Part shown: one piece after another, positions 45,501-64,000 of the stretch
How positions within the stretch are numbered: position 1 is the stretch's first letter
Layout: each line of letters starts with the position of its first letter
Assembly: GCA_964016885.1 (NCBI GenBank)
Contig: OZ024742.1
Span: forward strand, 377,332,001 to 377,396,000
DNA from: Eledone cirrhosa
Taxonomy: Eukaryota
Direction of reading: 5' to 3'
Length of the DNA stretch: 64,000 bases
Program-made: the position numbers and the translations under genes
Notes under the pieces: model-generated
The model's database searches: none
Seen by the model: the letters and a program-made list of their open reading frames with translations, nothing else
What the model was told of the DNA's origin: nothing

Positions 45501-48500
45501 AACTGTAACTATATAATATATATCAACATAACTGTAACTATATATTATATTAAATATCAACATAACTGTAACTATATATAATATTATATATCAACATAAC
45601 TGTAACCATATATTATATATCAACATAATTGTAACTATATATTATATATCAACATAACTTTAACTATATATTATATATCAACATAACTGTAACTATATAT
45701 TATATTATATATCAACATAACTGTAACTATATATTATACATCAACATAACTGTAACTATATATTATATATCAACATAGCCGAAACTATATATTATATATC
45801 AACATAACTGTAACTATATATTATATTATATATCAACATAACTGTAACTATATATTATATTATATATCAACATAACTGTAACTATATAATATATATCAAC
45901 TTAACTGTAACTATATATTATATATCAACATAACTGTAACTATATATTATACTATATATCAACATAACTGTAACTATATATTATATTATATATCAACATA
46001 ACTGTAAATATATATTATATTATATATCAACATAACTGTAACTATATATTATATATCAACATAACTGTAAGTATAGATTATATATCAACATAACTGTAAC
46101 TATATATTATATATCAACATAACTGTAACTATATATTATATTATATATCAACATAACTGTAACTATATATTATATTATATATCATCATAACTGTAACTAT
46201 ATATTATATTATATATCAACATAACTGTAACCATATATTATATATCAACATAATTGTAACTATATATCATATATCAACATAACTGTAACTATATATTATA
46301 TATCAATATAACTGTAACTATATATTATATTATATATCAACATAACTGTAACTATATATTATATATCAACATAACTGTAACTATATAATAGATATCAACA
46401 TAACTGTAACTATATATTATATTATATATCAACATAACTGTAACTATATATTATACATCAACATAACTGTAACTATATATTATATATCAACATAGCTGAA
46501 ACTATATAATATATATCAACATAACTGTAACTATATATTATATTATATATCAACATAACTGTAACTATATATTATATTATATATCAACATAACTGTAACT
46601 ATATAATATATATCAACTTAACTGTAACTATATATTATATATCAACATAACTGTAACTATATATTATACTATATATCAACATAACTGTAACTATATATTA
46701 TATTATATATCAACATAACTGTAAATATATATTATATTATATATCAACATAACTGTAACTATATATTATATATCAACATAACTGTAAGTATAGATTATAT
46801 ATCAACATAACTGTAACTATATATTATATATCAACATAACTGTAACTATATATTATATTATATATCAACATAACTGTAACTATATATTATATTATATATC
46901 ATCATAACTGTAACTATATATTATATTATATATCAACATAACTGTAACCATATATTATATATCAACATAATTGTAACTATATATCATATATCAACATAAC
47001 TGTAACTATATATTATATATCAATATAACTGTAACTATATATTATATTATATATCAACATAACTGTAACTATATATTATATATCAACATAACTGTAACTA
47101 TGTATTATATATCAACATAATTGTAACTATATATTATATATCAACATAACTGTAACTATATATTATATATCAACATAACTGTAACTATATATTATATTAT
47201 ATATCAACATAACTGTAACTATATATTATATATCAACATAACTGTAACTATATATTATATTATATATCAACATAACTGTAACTATATATTATATTATATA
47301 TCAACATAACTGTAACCATATATTATATATCAACATAACTGTAACTATATATTATATATCAACTTAACTGTAACTATATATTATATATCAACATAACTGT
47401 AACTATATATTATATTATATATCAACATAACTGTAACTATATATTATATATAAACATAACTGTAACTAGATATAATATATCAACATAACTGTAACTATAT
47501 ATTATATTATATATCAACATAACTGTAACCATATATTATATTATATATCAACATAACTGTAACTATATATTATATATCAACATAGCTGTAACTATATATT
47601 ATATATCAACATAACTGTAACAATATATTATATTATATATCAACATATATGTAACTATATATTATATATCAACTTAACTGTAACTATATATTATATATCA
47701 ACATAACTGTAACTATATATTATATTATATATCAACATAACTGTAACTATATATTATATTATATATCAACATAAATGTAACCCTATATTATATAATATAT
47801 CAACATAACTGTAACTATATATTATATTATATATCAACATAACTGTAACTATATATTATATATCAACATAACTGTAACTATATATTATATATCAACATAA
47901 CTGTAACTATATATTATATTATATATCAACATAACTGTAACTATATATTATATTATATATCAACATAACTGTAAATATATATTATATTATATATCAACAT
48001 AACTGTAACTATATATTATATATCAACATAACTGTAACTATATATTATATATCAACATAACTGTAACTATATATTATATTATATATCAACATAACTGTAA
48101 CCATATATTATATATCACATAATTGTAACTATATATTATATATCAACATAACTGTAACTATATATTATATATCAACATAACTGTAACTATATATTATATT
48201 ATATATCAACATAAATGTAACCCTATATTATATAATATATCAACATAACTGTAACTATATATTATATTATATATCAACATAACTGTAACTATATATTATA
48301 TATCAACATAACTGTAACTATATATTATATATCAACATAACTGTAACTATATATTATATATATATCAACATAACTGTAACTATATATTATATTATATATC
48401 AACATAACTGTAAATATATTATATTATATATCAACATAACTGTAACTATATATTATATTATATATCAACATAACTGTAACCATATATTATATATCAACAT

Positions 48501-51500
48501 AATTGTAACTATATATTATATATCAACATAACTGTAACTATATATTATATATCAACATAACTGTAACTATATATTATATTATATATCAACATAACTGTAA
48601 CTATATATTATATATCAACTTAACTGTAACTATATATTATATATCAACATAACTGTAACTATATATTATATTATATATCAACATAAATGTAACCCTATAT
48701 TATATAATATATCAACATAACTGTAACTATATATTATATTATATATCAATATAACTGTAACTATATATTATATATCAACATAACTGTAACTATATATTAT
48801 ATATCAACATAACTGTAACTATATATTATATATCAACATAACTGTAACTATATATTATATTATATATCAACATAACTGTAACTATATATTATATATCAAC
48901 TTAACTGTAACTATATATTATATATCAACATAACTGTAACTATATATTATATTATATATCAACATAACTGTAACTATATATTATATTATATATCAACATA
49001 ACTGTAAATATATATTATATTATATATCAACATAACTGTAACTATATATTATATATCAACATAACTGTAACTATATATTATATATCAACATAACTGTAAC
49101 TATATATTATATTAAATATCAACATAACTGTAACTATATATTATATTATATATCATCATAACTGTAACTATATATTATATTATATATCAACATAACTGTA
49201 ACCATATATTATATATCAACATAATTGTAACTATATATTATATATCAACATAACTGTAACTATATATTATATATCAACATAACTGTAACTATATATTATA
49301 TATTATATTATATATCAACATAACTGTAACTATATATTATATATCAACATAAATGTAACTAAATATTATATATCAACATAATTCTAACTATATATTATAT
49401 ATCAACATAGCCGTAACTATATATTATATATCAAAATAACTGTAACTATATATTATATTATATATCAACATAACTGTAACTATATATTATATATCAACAT
49501 AGCTGTAACTATATATTATATATCAACATAACTGTAACAATATATTATATTATATATCAACATAAATGTAACAATATATTATATATCAACTTAACTGTAA
49601 CTATATATTATATTATATATCAACATAACTGTAACTATATATTATATATCAACATAACTGTAACTATATATTATATTATATATCAACATAACTGTAACTA
49701 TATATTATATTATATATCAACATAACTGTAACCATATAATATATATCAACATAACTGTAACTATATATTATATATCAACTTAACTGTAACTATATATTAT
49801 ATATCAACATAACTGTAACTATATATTATATTATATATCAACATAACTGTAACTATATATTATATATAAACATAACTGTAACTAGATATAATATATCAAC
49901 ATAACTGTAACTATATATTATATTATATATCAACATAACTGTAACCATATATTATATTATATATCAACATAACTGTAACTATATATTATATATCAACATA
50001 GCTGTAACTATATATTATATATCAACATAACTGTAACAATATATTATATTATATATCAACATATATGTAACTATATATTATACATCAACTTAACTGTAAC
50101 TATATATTATATATCAACATAAATGTAACCCTATATTATATAATATATCAACATAACTGTAACTATATATTATATTATATATCAACATAATTGTAACTAT
50201 ATATTATATATCAACATAACTGTAACTATATATTATATATCAACATAACTGTAACTACATATTATATATCAACATAACTGTAACTATATATTATATTATA
50301 TATCAACATAACTGTAACTATATATTATATATCAACTTAACTGTAACTATATATTATATATCAACATAACTGTAACTATATATTATATTATATATCAACA
50401 TAACTGTAACTATATATTATATTATATATCAACATAACTGTAAATATATATTATATTATATATCAACATAACTGTAACTATATATTATACATCAACATAA
50501 CTGTAACTATATAATATATATCAACATAACTGTAACTATATATTATATTAAATATCAACATAACTGTAACTATATATTATATTATATATCATCATAACTG
50601 TAACTATATATAATATTATATATCAACATAACTGTAACCATATATTATATATCAACATAATTGTAACTATATATTATATATCAACATAACTTTAACTATA
50701 TATTATATATCAACATAACTGTAACTATATATTATATTATATATCAACATAACTGTAACTATATATTATACATCAACATAACTGTAACTATATATTATAT
50801 ATCAACATAGCTGAAACTATATATTATATATCAACATAACTGTAACTATATATTATATCATATATCAACATAACTGTAACTATATATTATATTATATATC
50901 AACATAACTGTAACTATATAATATATATCAACTTAACTGTAACTATATATTATATATCAACATAACTGTAAACTATATATTATACTATATATCAACATAA
51001 CTGTAACTATATATTATATTATATATCAACATAACTGTAAATATATATTATATTATATATCAACATAACTGTAACTATATATTATATATCAACAATAACT
51101 GTAAGTATAGATTATATATCAACATAACTGTAACTATATATTATATATCAACATAACTGTAACTATATATTATATTATATATCAACATAACTGTAACTAT
51201 ATATTATATTATATATCATCATAACTGTAACTATATATTATATTATATATCAACATAACTGTAACCATATATTATATATCAACATAATTGTAACTATATA
51301 TCATATATCAACATAACTGTAACTATATATTATATATCAATATAACTGTAACTATATATTATATTATATATCAACATAACTGTAACTATATATTATATAT
51401 CAACATAACTGTAACTATGTATTATATATCAACATAATTGTAACTATATATTATATATCAACATAACTGTAACTATATATTATATCAACATAACTGTAAC

Positions 51501-54500
51501 TATATATTATATTATATATCAACATAACTGTAACTATATATTATATATCAACATAACTGTAACTATATATTATATTATATATCAACATAACTGTAACTAT
51601 ATATTATATTATATATCAACATAACTGTAACCATATATTATATATCAACATAACTGTAACTATATATTATATATCAACTTAACTGTAACTATATATTATA
51701 TATCAACATAACTGTAACTATATATTATATTATATATCAACATAACTGTAACTATATATTATATATAAACATAACTGTAACTAGATATAATATATCAACA
51801 TAACTGTAACTATATATTATATTATATATCAACATAACTGTAACCATATATTATATTATATATCAACATAACTGTAACTATATATTATATATCAACATAG
51901 CTGTAACTATATATTATATATCAACATAACTGTAACAATATATTATATTATATATCAACATATATGTAACTATATATTATATATCAACTTAACTGTAACT
52001 ATATATTATATATCAACATAACTGTAACTATATATTATATTATATATCAACATAACTGTAACTATATATTATATTATATATCAACATAAATGTAACCCTA
52101 TATTATATAATATATCAACATAACTGTAACTATATATTATATTATATATCAACATAACTGTAACTATATATTATATATCAACATAACTGTAACTATATAT
52201 TATATATCAACATAACTGTAACTATATATTATATTATATATCAACATAACTGTAACTATATATTATATTATATATCAACATAACTGTAAATATATATTAT
52301 ATTATATATCAACATAACTGTAACTATATATTATATATCAACATAACTGTAACTATATATTATATATCAACATAACTGTAACTATATATTATATTATATA
52401 TCAACATAACTGTAACCATATATTATATATCAACATAATTGTAACTATATATTATATATCAACATAACTGTAACTATATATTATATATCAACATAACTGT
52501 AACTATATATTATATTATATATCAACTTAACTGTAACTATATATTATATATCAACTTAACTGTAACTATATATTATATATCAACATAACTGTAACTATAT
52601 ATTATATTATATATCAACATAAATGTAACCCTATATTATATAATATATCAACATAACTGTAACTATATATTATATTATATATCAACATAACTGTAACTAT
52701 ATATTATATATCAACATAACTGTAACTATATATTATATATCAACATAACTGTAACTATATATTATATTATATATCAACATAACTGTAAATATATATTATA
52801 TTATATATCAACATAACTGTAACTATATATTATATATCAACATAACTGTAACTATATATTATATATCAACATAACTGTAACTATATATTATATTATATAT
52901 CAACATAACTGTAACCATATATTATATATCAACATAATTGTAACTATATATTATATATCAACATAACTGTAACTATATATTATATATCAACATAACTGTA
53001 ACTATATATTATATTATATATCAACATAACTGTAACTATATATTATATATCAACTTAACTGTAACTATATATTATATATCAACATAACTGTAACTATATA
53101 TTATATTATATATCAACATAAATGTAACCCTATATTATATAATATATCAACATAACTGTAACTATATATTATATTATATATCAATATAACTGTAACTATA
53201 TATTATATATCAACATAACTGTAACTATATATTATATATCAACATAACTGTAACTATATATTATATATCAACATAACTGTAACTATATATTATATTATAT
53301 ATCAACATAACTGTAACTATATATTATATATCAACTTAACTGTAACTATATATTATATATCAACATAACTGTAACTATATATTATATTATATATCAACAT
53401 AACTGTAACTATATATTATATTATATATCAACATAACTGTAAATATATATTATATTATATATCAACATAACTGTAACTATATATTATATATCAACATAAC
53501 TGTAACTATATATTATATATCAACATAACTGTAACTATATATTATATTAAATATCAACATAACTGTAACTATATATTATATTATATATCATCATAACTGT
53601 AACTATATATTATATTATATATCAACATAACTGTAACCATATATTATATATCAACATAATTGTAACTATATATTATATATCAACATAACTGTAACTATAT
53701 ATTATATATCAACATAACTGTAACTATATATTATATATTATATTATATATCAACATAACTGTAACTATATATTATATATCAACATAAATGTAACTAAATA
53801 TTATATATCAACATAATTCTAACTATATATTATATATCAACATAGCCGTAACTATATATTATATATCAAAATAACTGTAACTATATATTATATTATATAT
53901 CAACATAACTGTAACTATATATTATATATCAACATAGCTGTAACTATATATTATATATCAACATAACTGTAACAATATATTATATTATATATCAACATAA
54001 ATGTAACCATATAATATATATCAACATAACTGTAACTATATATTATATATCAACTTAACTGTAACTATATATTATATATCAACATAACTGTAACTATATA
54101 TTATATTATATATCAACATAACTGTAACTATATATTATATATAAACATAACTGTAACTAGATATAATATATCAACATAACTGTAACTATATATTATATTA
54201 TATATCAACATAACTGTAACCATATATTATATTATATATCAACATAACTGTAACTATATATTATATATATACATAGCTGTAACTATATATTATATATCAA
54301 CATAACTGTAACAATATATTATATTATATATCAACATATATGTAACTATATATTATACATCAACTTAACTGTAACTATATATTATATATCAACATAAATG
54401 TAACCCTATATTATATAATATATCAACATAACTGTAACTATATATTATATTATATATCATCATAACTGTAACTATATATAATATTATATATCAACATAAC

Positions 54501-57500
54501 TGTAACCATATATTATATATCAACATAATTGTAACTATATATTATATATCAACATAACTTTAACTATATATTATATATCAACATAACTGTAACTATATAT
54601 TATATTATATATCAACATAACTGTAACTATATATTATATATCAACATAACTGTAACTAAATATTATATATCAACATAATTCTAACTATATATTATATATC
54701 AACATAGCCGTAACTATATATTATATATCAAAATAACTGTAACTATATATTATATTATATATCAACATAACTGTAACTATATATTATATATCAACATAAC
54801 TGTAACAATATATTATATTATATATCAAAATAAATGTAACTATATATTATATATCAACTTAACTGTAACTATATATTATATATCAACATGACTGTAACCC
54901 TATATTATATTATATATCAACATAACTGTAACTATATATTATATATCAACTTAACTGTAACTATATATTATATATCAACATAACTGTAACTATATATTAT
55001 ATTATATATCAACATAACTGTAACTATATATTATATATCAACATAACTGTAACTATATATTATATATCAACATAACTGTAACTATATATTATATATCAAC
55101 TTAACTGTAACTATATATTATATATCAACATAACTGTAAATATATATTATATTATATATCAACATAACTGTAACTATATATTATATTATATATCAACATA
55201 ACTGTAAATATATATTATATTATATATCAACATAACTGTAACTATATATTATATATCAACATAACTGTAACTATATATTATATATCAATATAACTGTAAC
55301 TATATATTATATTAAATATCAACATAACTGTAACTATATATTATATTATATATCATCATAACTGTAACTATATATTATATTATATATCATCATAACTGTA
55401 ACCATATATTATATATCAACATAACTGTAACTATATATTATATTATATATCAACATAAATGTAACCCTATATTATATAATATATCAACATAACTGTAACT
55501 ATATATTATATATCAACATAACTGTAACTATATATTATATATCAACATAACTGTAACTATATATTATATTATATATCAACATAACTGTAACTATATATTA
55601 TATTATATATCAACATAACTGTAAATATATATTATATTATATATCAACATAACTGTAACTATATATTATATATCAACATAACTGTAACTATATATTATAT
55701 ATCAACATAACTGTAACTATATATTATATAAAATATCAACATAACTGTAACTATATATTATATTATATATCATCATAACTGTAACTATATATTATATTAT
55801 ATATCAACATAACTGTAACCATATATTATATATCAACATAATTGTAACTATATATTATATATCAACATAACTGTAACTATATATTATATATCAACATAAC
55901 TGTAACTATATATTATATTATATATCAACATAACTGTAACTATATATTATATATCAACTTAACTGTAACTATATATTATATATCAACATAACTGTAACTA
56001 TATATTATATATCAACATAACTGTAACTATATATTATATTATATATCAACATAACTGTAACTATATATTATATATCAACTTAACTGTAACTATATATTAT
56101 ATATCAACATAACTGTAACTATATATTATATTATATATCAACATAACTGTAACTATATATTATATTATATATCAACATAACTGTAACTATATATTATATT
56201 ATATATCAACATAACTGTAATATATATTATATTATATATCAACATAACTGTAACTATATATTATATATCAACATAACTGTAACTATATATTATATATCAA
56301 CATAACTGTAACGATATATTATATTAAATATCAACATAACTGTAACTATATATTATATTATATATCATCATAACTGTAACTATATATTATATTATATATC
56401 AACATAACTGTAACCATATATTATATATCAACATAATTGTAACTATATATTATATATCAACATAACTGTAACTATATATTATATATCAACATAACTGTAA
56501 CTATATATTATATTATATATCAACATAACTGTAACTATATATTATATATCAACATAACTGTAACTAAATATTATATATCAACATAATTCTAACTATATAT
56601 TATATATCAACATAGCCGTAACTATATATTATATATCAAAATAACTGTAACTATATATTATATTATATATCAACATAACTGTAACTATATATTATATATC
56701 AACATAGCTGTAACTATATATTATATATCAACATAACTGTAACAATATATTATATTATATATCAACATAAATGTTACAATATATTATATATCAACTTAAC
56801 TGTAACTATATATTATATTATATATCAACATAACTGTAACTATATATTATATATCAACATAACTGTAACTATATATTATATTTTATATCAACATAACTGT
56901 AACTATATATTATATTATATATCAACATAACTGTAACTATATATTATATATCAACATAACTGTAACTATATATTATATATCAACATAACTGTAACTATAT
57001 ATTATATATCAACATAACTGTAACCCTATATTATATTATATATCAACATAACTGTAACTATATAATATATATCAACTTAACTGTAACTATATATTATATA
57101 TCAACATAACTGTAACTATATATTATATTATATATCAACATAACTGTAACTATATATTATATATCAACATAACTGTAACTATATATTATATTATATATCA
57201 ACATAACTGTAACTATATATTATATATCAACTTAACTGTAACTATATATTATATATCAACATAACTGTAACTATATATTATATTATATATCAACATAACT
57301 GTAACTATATATTATATTATATATCAACATAACTGTAAATATATATTATATTATATATCAACATAACTATAACTATATATTATATATCAACATAACTGTA
57401 ACTATATATTATATATCAACATACCTGTAAATATATATTATATTATATATCAACATAACTGTAACTATATATTATATTATATATCAACATAACTGTAACT

Positions 57501-60500
57501 ATATATTATATATCAACATAACTGTAACTATATATTATATATCAACATAACTGTAACTATATATTATATTATATATCAACATAACTGTAACCATATATTA
57601 TATATCAACATAACTGTAACTATATATTATATATCAACTTAACTGTAACTATATATTATATATCAACATAACTGTAACTATATATTATATATAAACATAA
57701 CTGTAACTAGATATAATATATCAACATAACTGTAACTATATATTATATTATATATCAACATAACTCTAACCATATATTATATTATATTATATATCAACAT
57801 AACTGTAACTATATATTATATATCAACATAGCTGTAACTATATATTATATATCAACATAACTGTAACAATATATTATATTATATATCAACATAAATGTAA
57901 CTATATATTATATATCAACTTAACTGTAACAATATATTATATTATATATCAACATAACTGTAACCATATATTATATATCAACATAATTGTAACTATATAT
58001 TATATATCAACATAACTGTAACTATATATTATATATGAACATAGCTGTAACTATATATTATATTATATATCAACATAACTGTAACTATATATTATATATC
58101 AACATAACTGTAACTAAATATTATATATCAACATAATTCTAACTATATATTATATATCATCATAGCCGTAACTATATATTATATATCAAAATAACTGTAA
58201 CTATATATTATATATCAACTTAACTGTAACTACATATTATATATAAACATAACTGTAACTATATATTATATTATATATCAACATAACTGTAAATATATAT
58301 TATATATCAACTTAACTGTAACTACATATTATATATAAACATAACTGTAACTATATATTATATTATATATCAACGTAACTGTAACTATATATTATACATC
58401 AACATAACTGTAACTATATATTATATATCCACATAGCTGTAACTATATATTATATATCAACATAACTGTAACTATATATTATATTATATATCAACATAAC
58501 TGTAACGATATATCATATATCAACTTAACTGTAACTATATATTATATATCAACATACCTGTAAATATATATTATATTATATATCAACATAACTGTAACTA
58601 TATATTATATTATATATCAACATAACTGTAACTATATATTATATATCAACATACCTGTAACTATATATTATATTATATATCATCATAACTGTGACTATAT
58701 ATTATATATCAACATAACTGTAACTATATATTATATATCAACATAGCTGTAACTATATATTATATATCAACATAACTGTAACTATACATTATATTATATA
58801 TCAACATAACTGTAACTATATATTATATATCAACTTAACTGTAACTATATATTATATATCAACATAACTGTAACTATATATTATATTATATATCAACATA
58901 ACTGTAACTATATACTATATATCAACATAACTGTAACTATATATTATATTATATATCAACATAACTGTAACTATATATTACATTATATATCAACATAACT
59001 GTAACTATGTATTATATATCAACTTAACAGTAACTATATAATATATATCAACATAACTGCACCTGTATATTATATTATATATCAACATAACTGTAACTAT
59101 ATATTATATATATATATCAACATAACTGTATCTATATATTATTTATGAACATAACTGTAACTATATATTATATTATATATCAACATAACTGTAACTATAT
59201 AATATATATTAACATAACTGTAACTAAATATTATATATCAACATAACTGTAACTATATATTATATTATATATCAACATAACTGTAACTATATATTATATA
59301 TCAACATAACTGTAACTAGATATAATATATCAACATAACTGTAACTATATATTATATATCAACATAACTGTAACTATATAATAGATATCAACATAACTGT
59401 AACTATATATTATATTATATATCAACATAACTGTAACTATATATTATACATCAACATAACTGTAACTATATATTATATATCAACATAGCTGAAACTATAT
59501 ATTATATATCAACATAACTGTAACTATATATTATATTATATATCAACATAACTGTAACTATATATTATATTATATATCAACATAACTGTAACTATATAAT
59601 ATATATCAACTTAACTGTAACTATATATTATATATCAACATAACTGTAACTATATATTATACTATATATCAACATAACTGTAACTATATATTATATTATA
59701 TATCAACATAACTGTAAATATATATTATATTATATATCAACATAACTGTAACTATATATTATATATCAACATAACTGTAACTATATATTATATATCAACA
59801 TAACTGTAACTATATATTATATATCAACATAACTGTAACTATATATTATATTATATATCAACATAACTGTAACTTTATATTATATTATATATCATCATAA
59901 CTGTAACTATATATTATATTATATATCAACATAACTGTAACCATATATTATATATCAACATAATTGTAACTATATATCATATATCAACATAACTGTAACT
60001 ATATATTATATATCAACATAACTGTAACTATGTATTATATATCAACATAATTGTAACTATATATTATATATCAACTTAACTGTAACTATATATTACATAT
60101 CAACATAACTGTAACTATATATTATATTATATATCAACATAACTGTAACTATATATTATATTATATATCAACATAACTGTAACTATATATTATATATCAA
60201 CATAACTGTAACTATATATTATATATCAACATAACTGTAACTATATATTATATTATATATCAACATAACTGTAACTATATATTATATTATATATCAACAT
60301 AACTGTAACTATATATTATATATCAACATAACTGTAACTAAATATTATATATCCACATAGCTGTAACTATATATTATATATCAACATAACTGTAACTATA
60401 TATTATATTATATATCAACATAACTGTAACGATATATCATATATCAACTTAACTGTAACTATATATTATATATCAACATACCTGTAAATATATATTATAT

Positions 60501-63500
60501 TATATATCAACATAACTGTAACTATATATTATATTATATATCAACTTAACTGTAACTATATATTATATATCAACATAACTGTAACTATATATTATATATA
60601 AACATAACTGTAACTAGATATAATATATCAACATAACTGTAACTATATATTATATTATATATCAACATAACTCTAACCATATATTATATTATATTATATA
60701 TCAACATAACTGTAACTATATATTATATATCAACATAGCTGTAACTATATATTATATATCAACATAACTGTAACAATATATTATATTATATATCAACATA
60801 AATGTAACTATATATTATATATCAACTTAACTGTAACAATATATTATATTATATATCAACATAACTGTAACCATATATTATATATCAACATAATTGTAAC
60901 TATATATTATATATCAACATAACTGTAACTATATATTATATATGAACATAGCTGTAACTATATATTATATTATATATCAACATAACTGTAACTATATATT
61001 ATATATCAACATAACTGTAACTAAATATTATATATCAACATAATTCTAACTATATATTATATATCATCATAGCCGTAACTATATATTATATATCAAAATA
61101 ACTGTAACTATATATTATATATCAACTTAACTGTAACTACATATTATATATAAACATAACTGTAACTATATATTATATTATATATCAACATAACTGTAAA
61201 TATATATTATATATCAACTTAACTGTAACTACATATTATATATAAACATAACTGTAACTATATATTATATTATATATCAACGTAACTGTAACTATATATT
61301 ATACATCAACATAACTGTAACTATATATTATATATCCACATAGCTGTAACTATATATTATATATCAACATAACTGTAACTATATATTATATTATATATCA
61401 ACATAACTGTAACGATATATCATATATCAACTTAACTGTAACTATATATTATATATCAACATACCTGTAAATATATATTATATTATATATCAACATAACT
61501 GTAACTATATATTATATTATATATCAACATAACTGTAACTATATATTATATATCAACATACCTGTAACTATATATTATATTATATATCATCATAACTGTG
61601 ACTATATATTATATATCAACATAACTGTAACTATATATTATATATCAACATAGCTGTAACTATATATTATATATCAACATAACTGTAACTATACATTATA
61701 TTATATATCAACATAACTGTAACTATATATTATATATCAACTTAACTGTAACTATATATTATATATCAACATAACTGTAACTATATATTATATTATATAT
61801 CAACATAACTGTAACTATATACTATATATCAACATAACTGTAACTATATATTATATTATATATCAACATAACTGTAACTATATATTACATTATATATCAA
61901 CATAACTGTAACTATGTATTATATATCAACTTAACAGTAACTATATAATATATATCAACATAACTGCACCTGTATATTATATTATATATCAACATAACTG
62001 TAACTATATATTATATATATATATCAACATAACTGTATCTATATATTATTTATGAACATAACTGTAACTATATATTATATTATATATCAACATAACTGTA
62101 ACTATATAATATATATTAACATAACTGTAACTAAATATTATATATCAACATAACTGTAACTATATATTATATTATATATCAACATAACTGTAACTATATA
62201 TTATATATCAACATAACTGTAACTAGATATAATATATCAACATAACTGTAACTATATATTATATATCAACATAACTGTAACTATATAATAGATATCAACA
62301 TAACTGTAACTATATATTATATTATATATCAACATAACTGTAACTATATATTATACATCAACATAACTGTAACTATATATTATATATCAACATAGCTGAA
62401 ACTATATATTATATATCAACATAACTGTAACTATATATTATATTATATATCAACATAACTGTAACTATATATTATATTATATATCAACATAACTGTAACT
62501 ATATAATATATATCAACTTAACTGTAACTATATATTATATATCAACATAACTGTAACTATATATTATACTATATATCAACATAACTGTAACTATATATTA
62601 TATTATATATCAACATAACTGTAAATATATATTATATTATATATCAACATAACTGTAACTATATATTATATATCAACATAACTGTAACTATATATTATAT
62701 ATCAACATAACTGTAACTATATATTATATATCAACATAACTGTAACTATATATTATATTATATATCAACATAACTGTAACTTTATATTATATTATATATC
62801 ATCATAACTGTAACTATATATTATATTATATATCAACATAACTGTAACCATATATTATATATCAACATAATTGTAACTATATATCATATATCAACATAAC
62901 TGTAACTATATATTATATATCAACATAACTGTAACTATGTATTATATATCAACATAATTGTAACTATATATTATATATCAACTTAACTGTAACTATATAT
63001 TACATATCAACATAACTGTAACTATATATTATATTATATATCAACATAACTGTAACTATATATTATATTATATATCAACATAACTGTAACTATATATTAT
63101 ATATCAACATAACTGTAACTATATATTATATATCAACATAACTGTAACTATATATTATATTATATATCAACATAACTGTAACTATATATTATATTATATA
63201 TCAACATAACTGTAACTATATATTATATATCAACATAACTGTAACTAAATATTATATATCCACATAGCTGTAACTATATATTATATATCAACATAACTGT
63301 AACTATATATTATATTATATATCAACATAACTGTAACGATATATCATATATCAACTTAACTGTAACTATATATTATATATCAACATACCTGTAAATATAT
63401 ATTATATTATATATCAACATAACTGTAACTATATATTATATTATATATCAACATAACTGTAACTATATATTATATATCAACATAACTGTAACTATATATT

Positions 63501-64000
63501 ATATATCAACATAACTGTAACTATATATTATATTATATATCATCATAACTGTAACTATATATTATATATCAACATAACTGTAACTATATATTATATATCA
63601 ACATAGCTGTAACTATATATTATATATCAACATAACTGTAACTATATATTATATTATATATCAACATAACTGTAACTATATATTATATATCAATTTAACT
63701 GTAACTATATATTATATATCAACATAACTGTAACTATATATTATATTATATATCAACATAACTGTAACCATATATTATATATCAACATAACTGTAACTAT
63801 ATATTATATATCAACTTAACTGTAACTATATATTATATATCAACATAACTGTAACTATATATTATATTATATATCAACATAACTGTAACTATATATTATA
63901 TATAAACATAACTGTAACTAGATATAATATATCAACATAACTGTAACTATATATTATATTATATATCAACATAACTGTAACCATATATTATATTATATAT
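21570..64000. repeat. AT-rich satellite array of 29-bp (CAACATAACTGTAACTATATATTATATAT) and 34-bp (one extra ATATT) monomers; continues past window end
   Basis: Uninterrupted head-to-tail array >42 kb (about 1250-1460 monomers by length/period). Degenerate left edge 21570-21700. Confidence 0.99.

Noticed and set aside
21650-64000. CRISPR array (repeat length ~29-34 bp)
   Set aside because: Monomers are contiguous with no unique spacers, there are no cas genes, and the context is eukaryotic.

Overview
Eukaryotic, repeat-only window with no recognisable host gene. It is probably an octopod cephalopod, inferred from recalled SINE/MITE consensus sequences. There are three zones. (1) 1-~9.3 kb is a nest of decayed non-LTR retrotransposons separated by (TAA)n tracts: three + strand R4/Dong-clade copies (RT, CCHC, restriction-like endonuclease; two families), then two - strand L1/Tx1-type copies. 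(2) ~9.4-21.6 kb is a (TA)n/(CA)n-rich zone with Penelope-like element (PLE) fragments, including two GIY-YIG remnants, about a dozen minimal hammerhead-ribozyme (HHR) motifs, several fold-back structures that break in HHR helix II, plus SINEs and Tc1/mariner MITEs. (3) ~21.6 kb to the window end is a >42 kb AT-rich satellite of interleaved 29- and 34-bp monomers with kb-scale higher-order duplications (1376, 2802, ~5000 and 2907 bp). All structures were read by eye and none was confirmed computationally.
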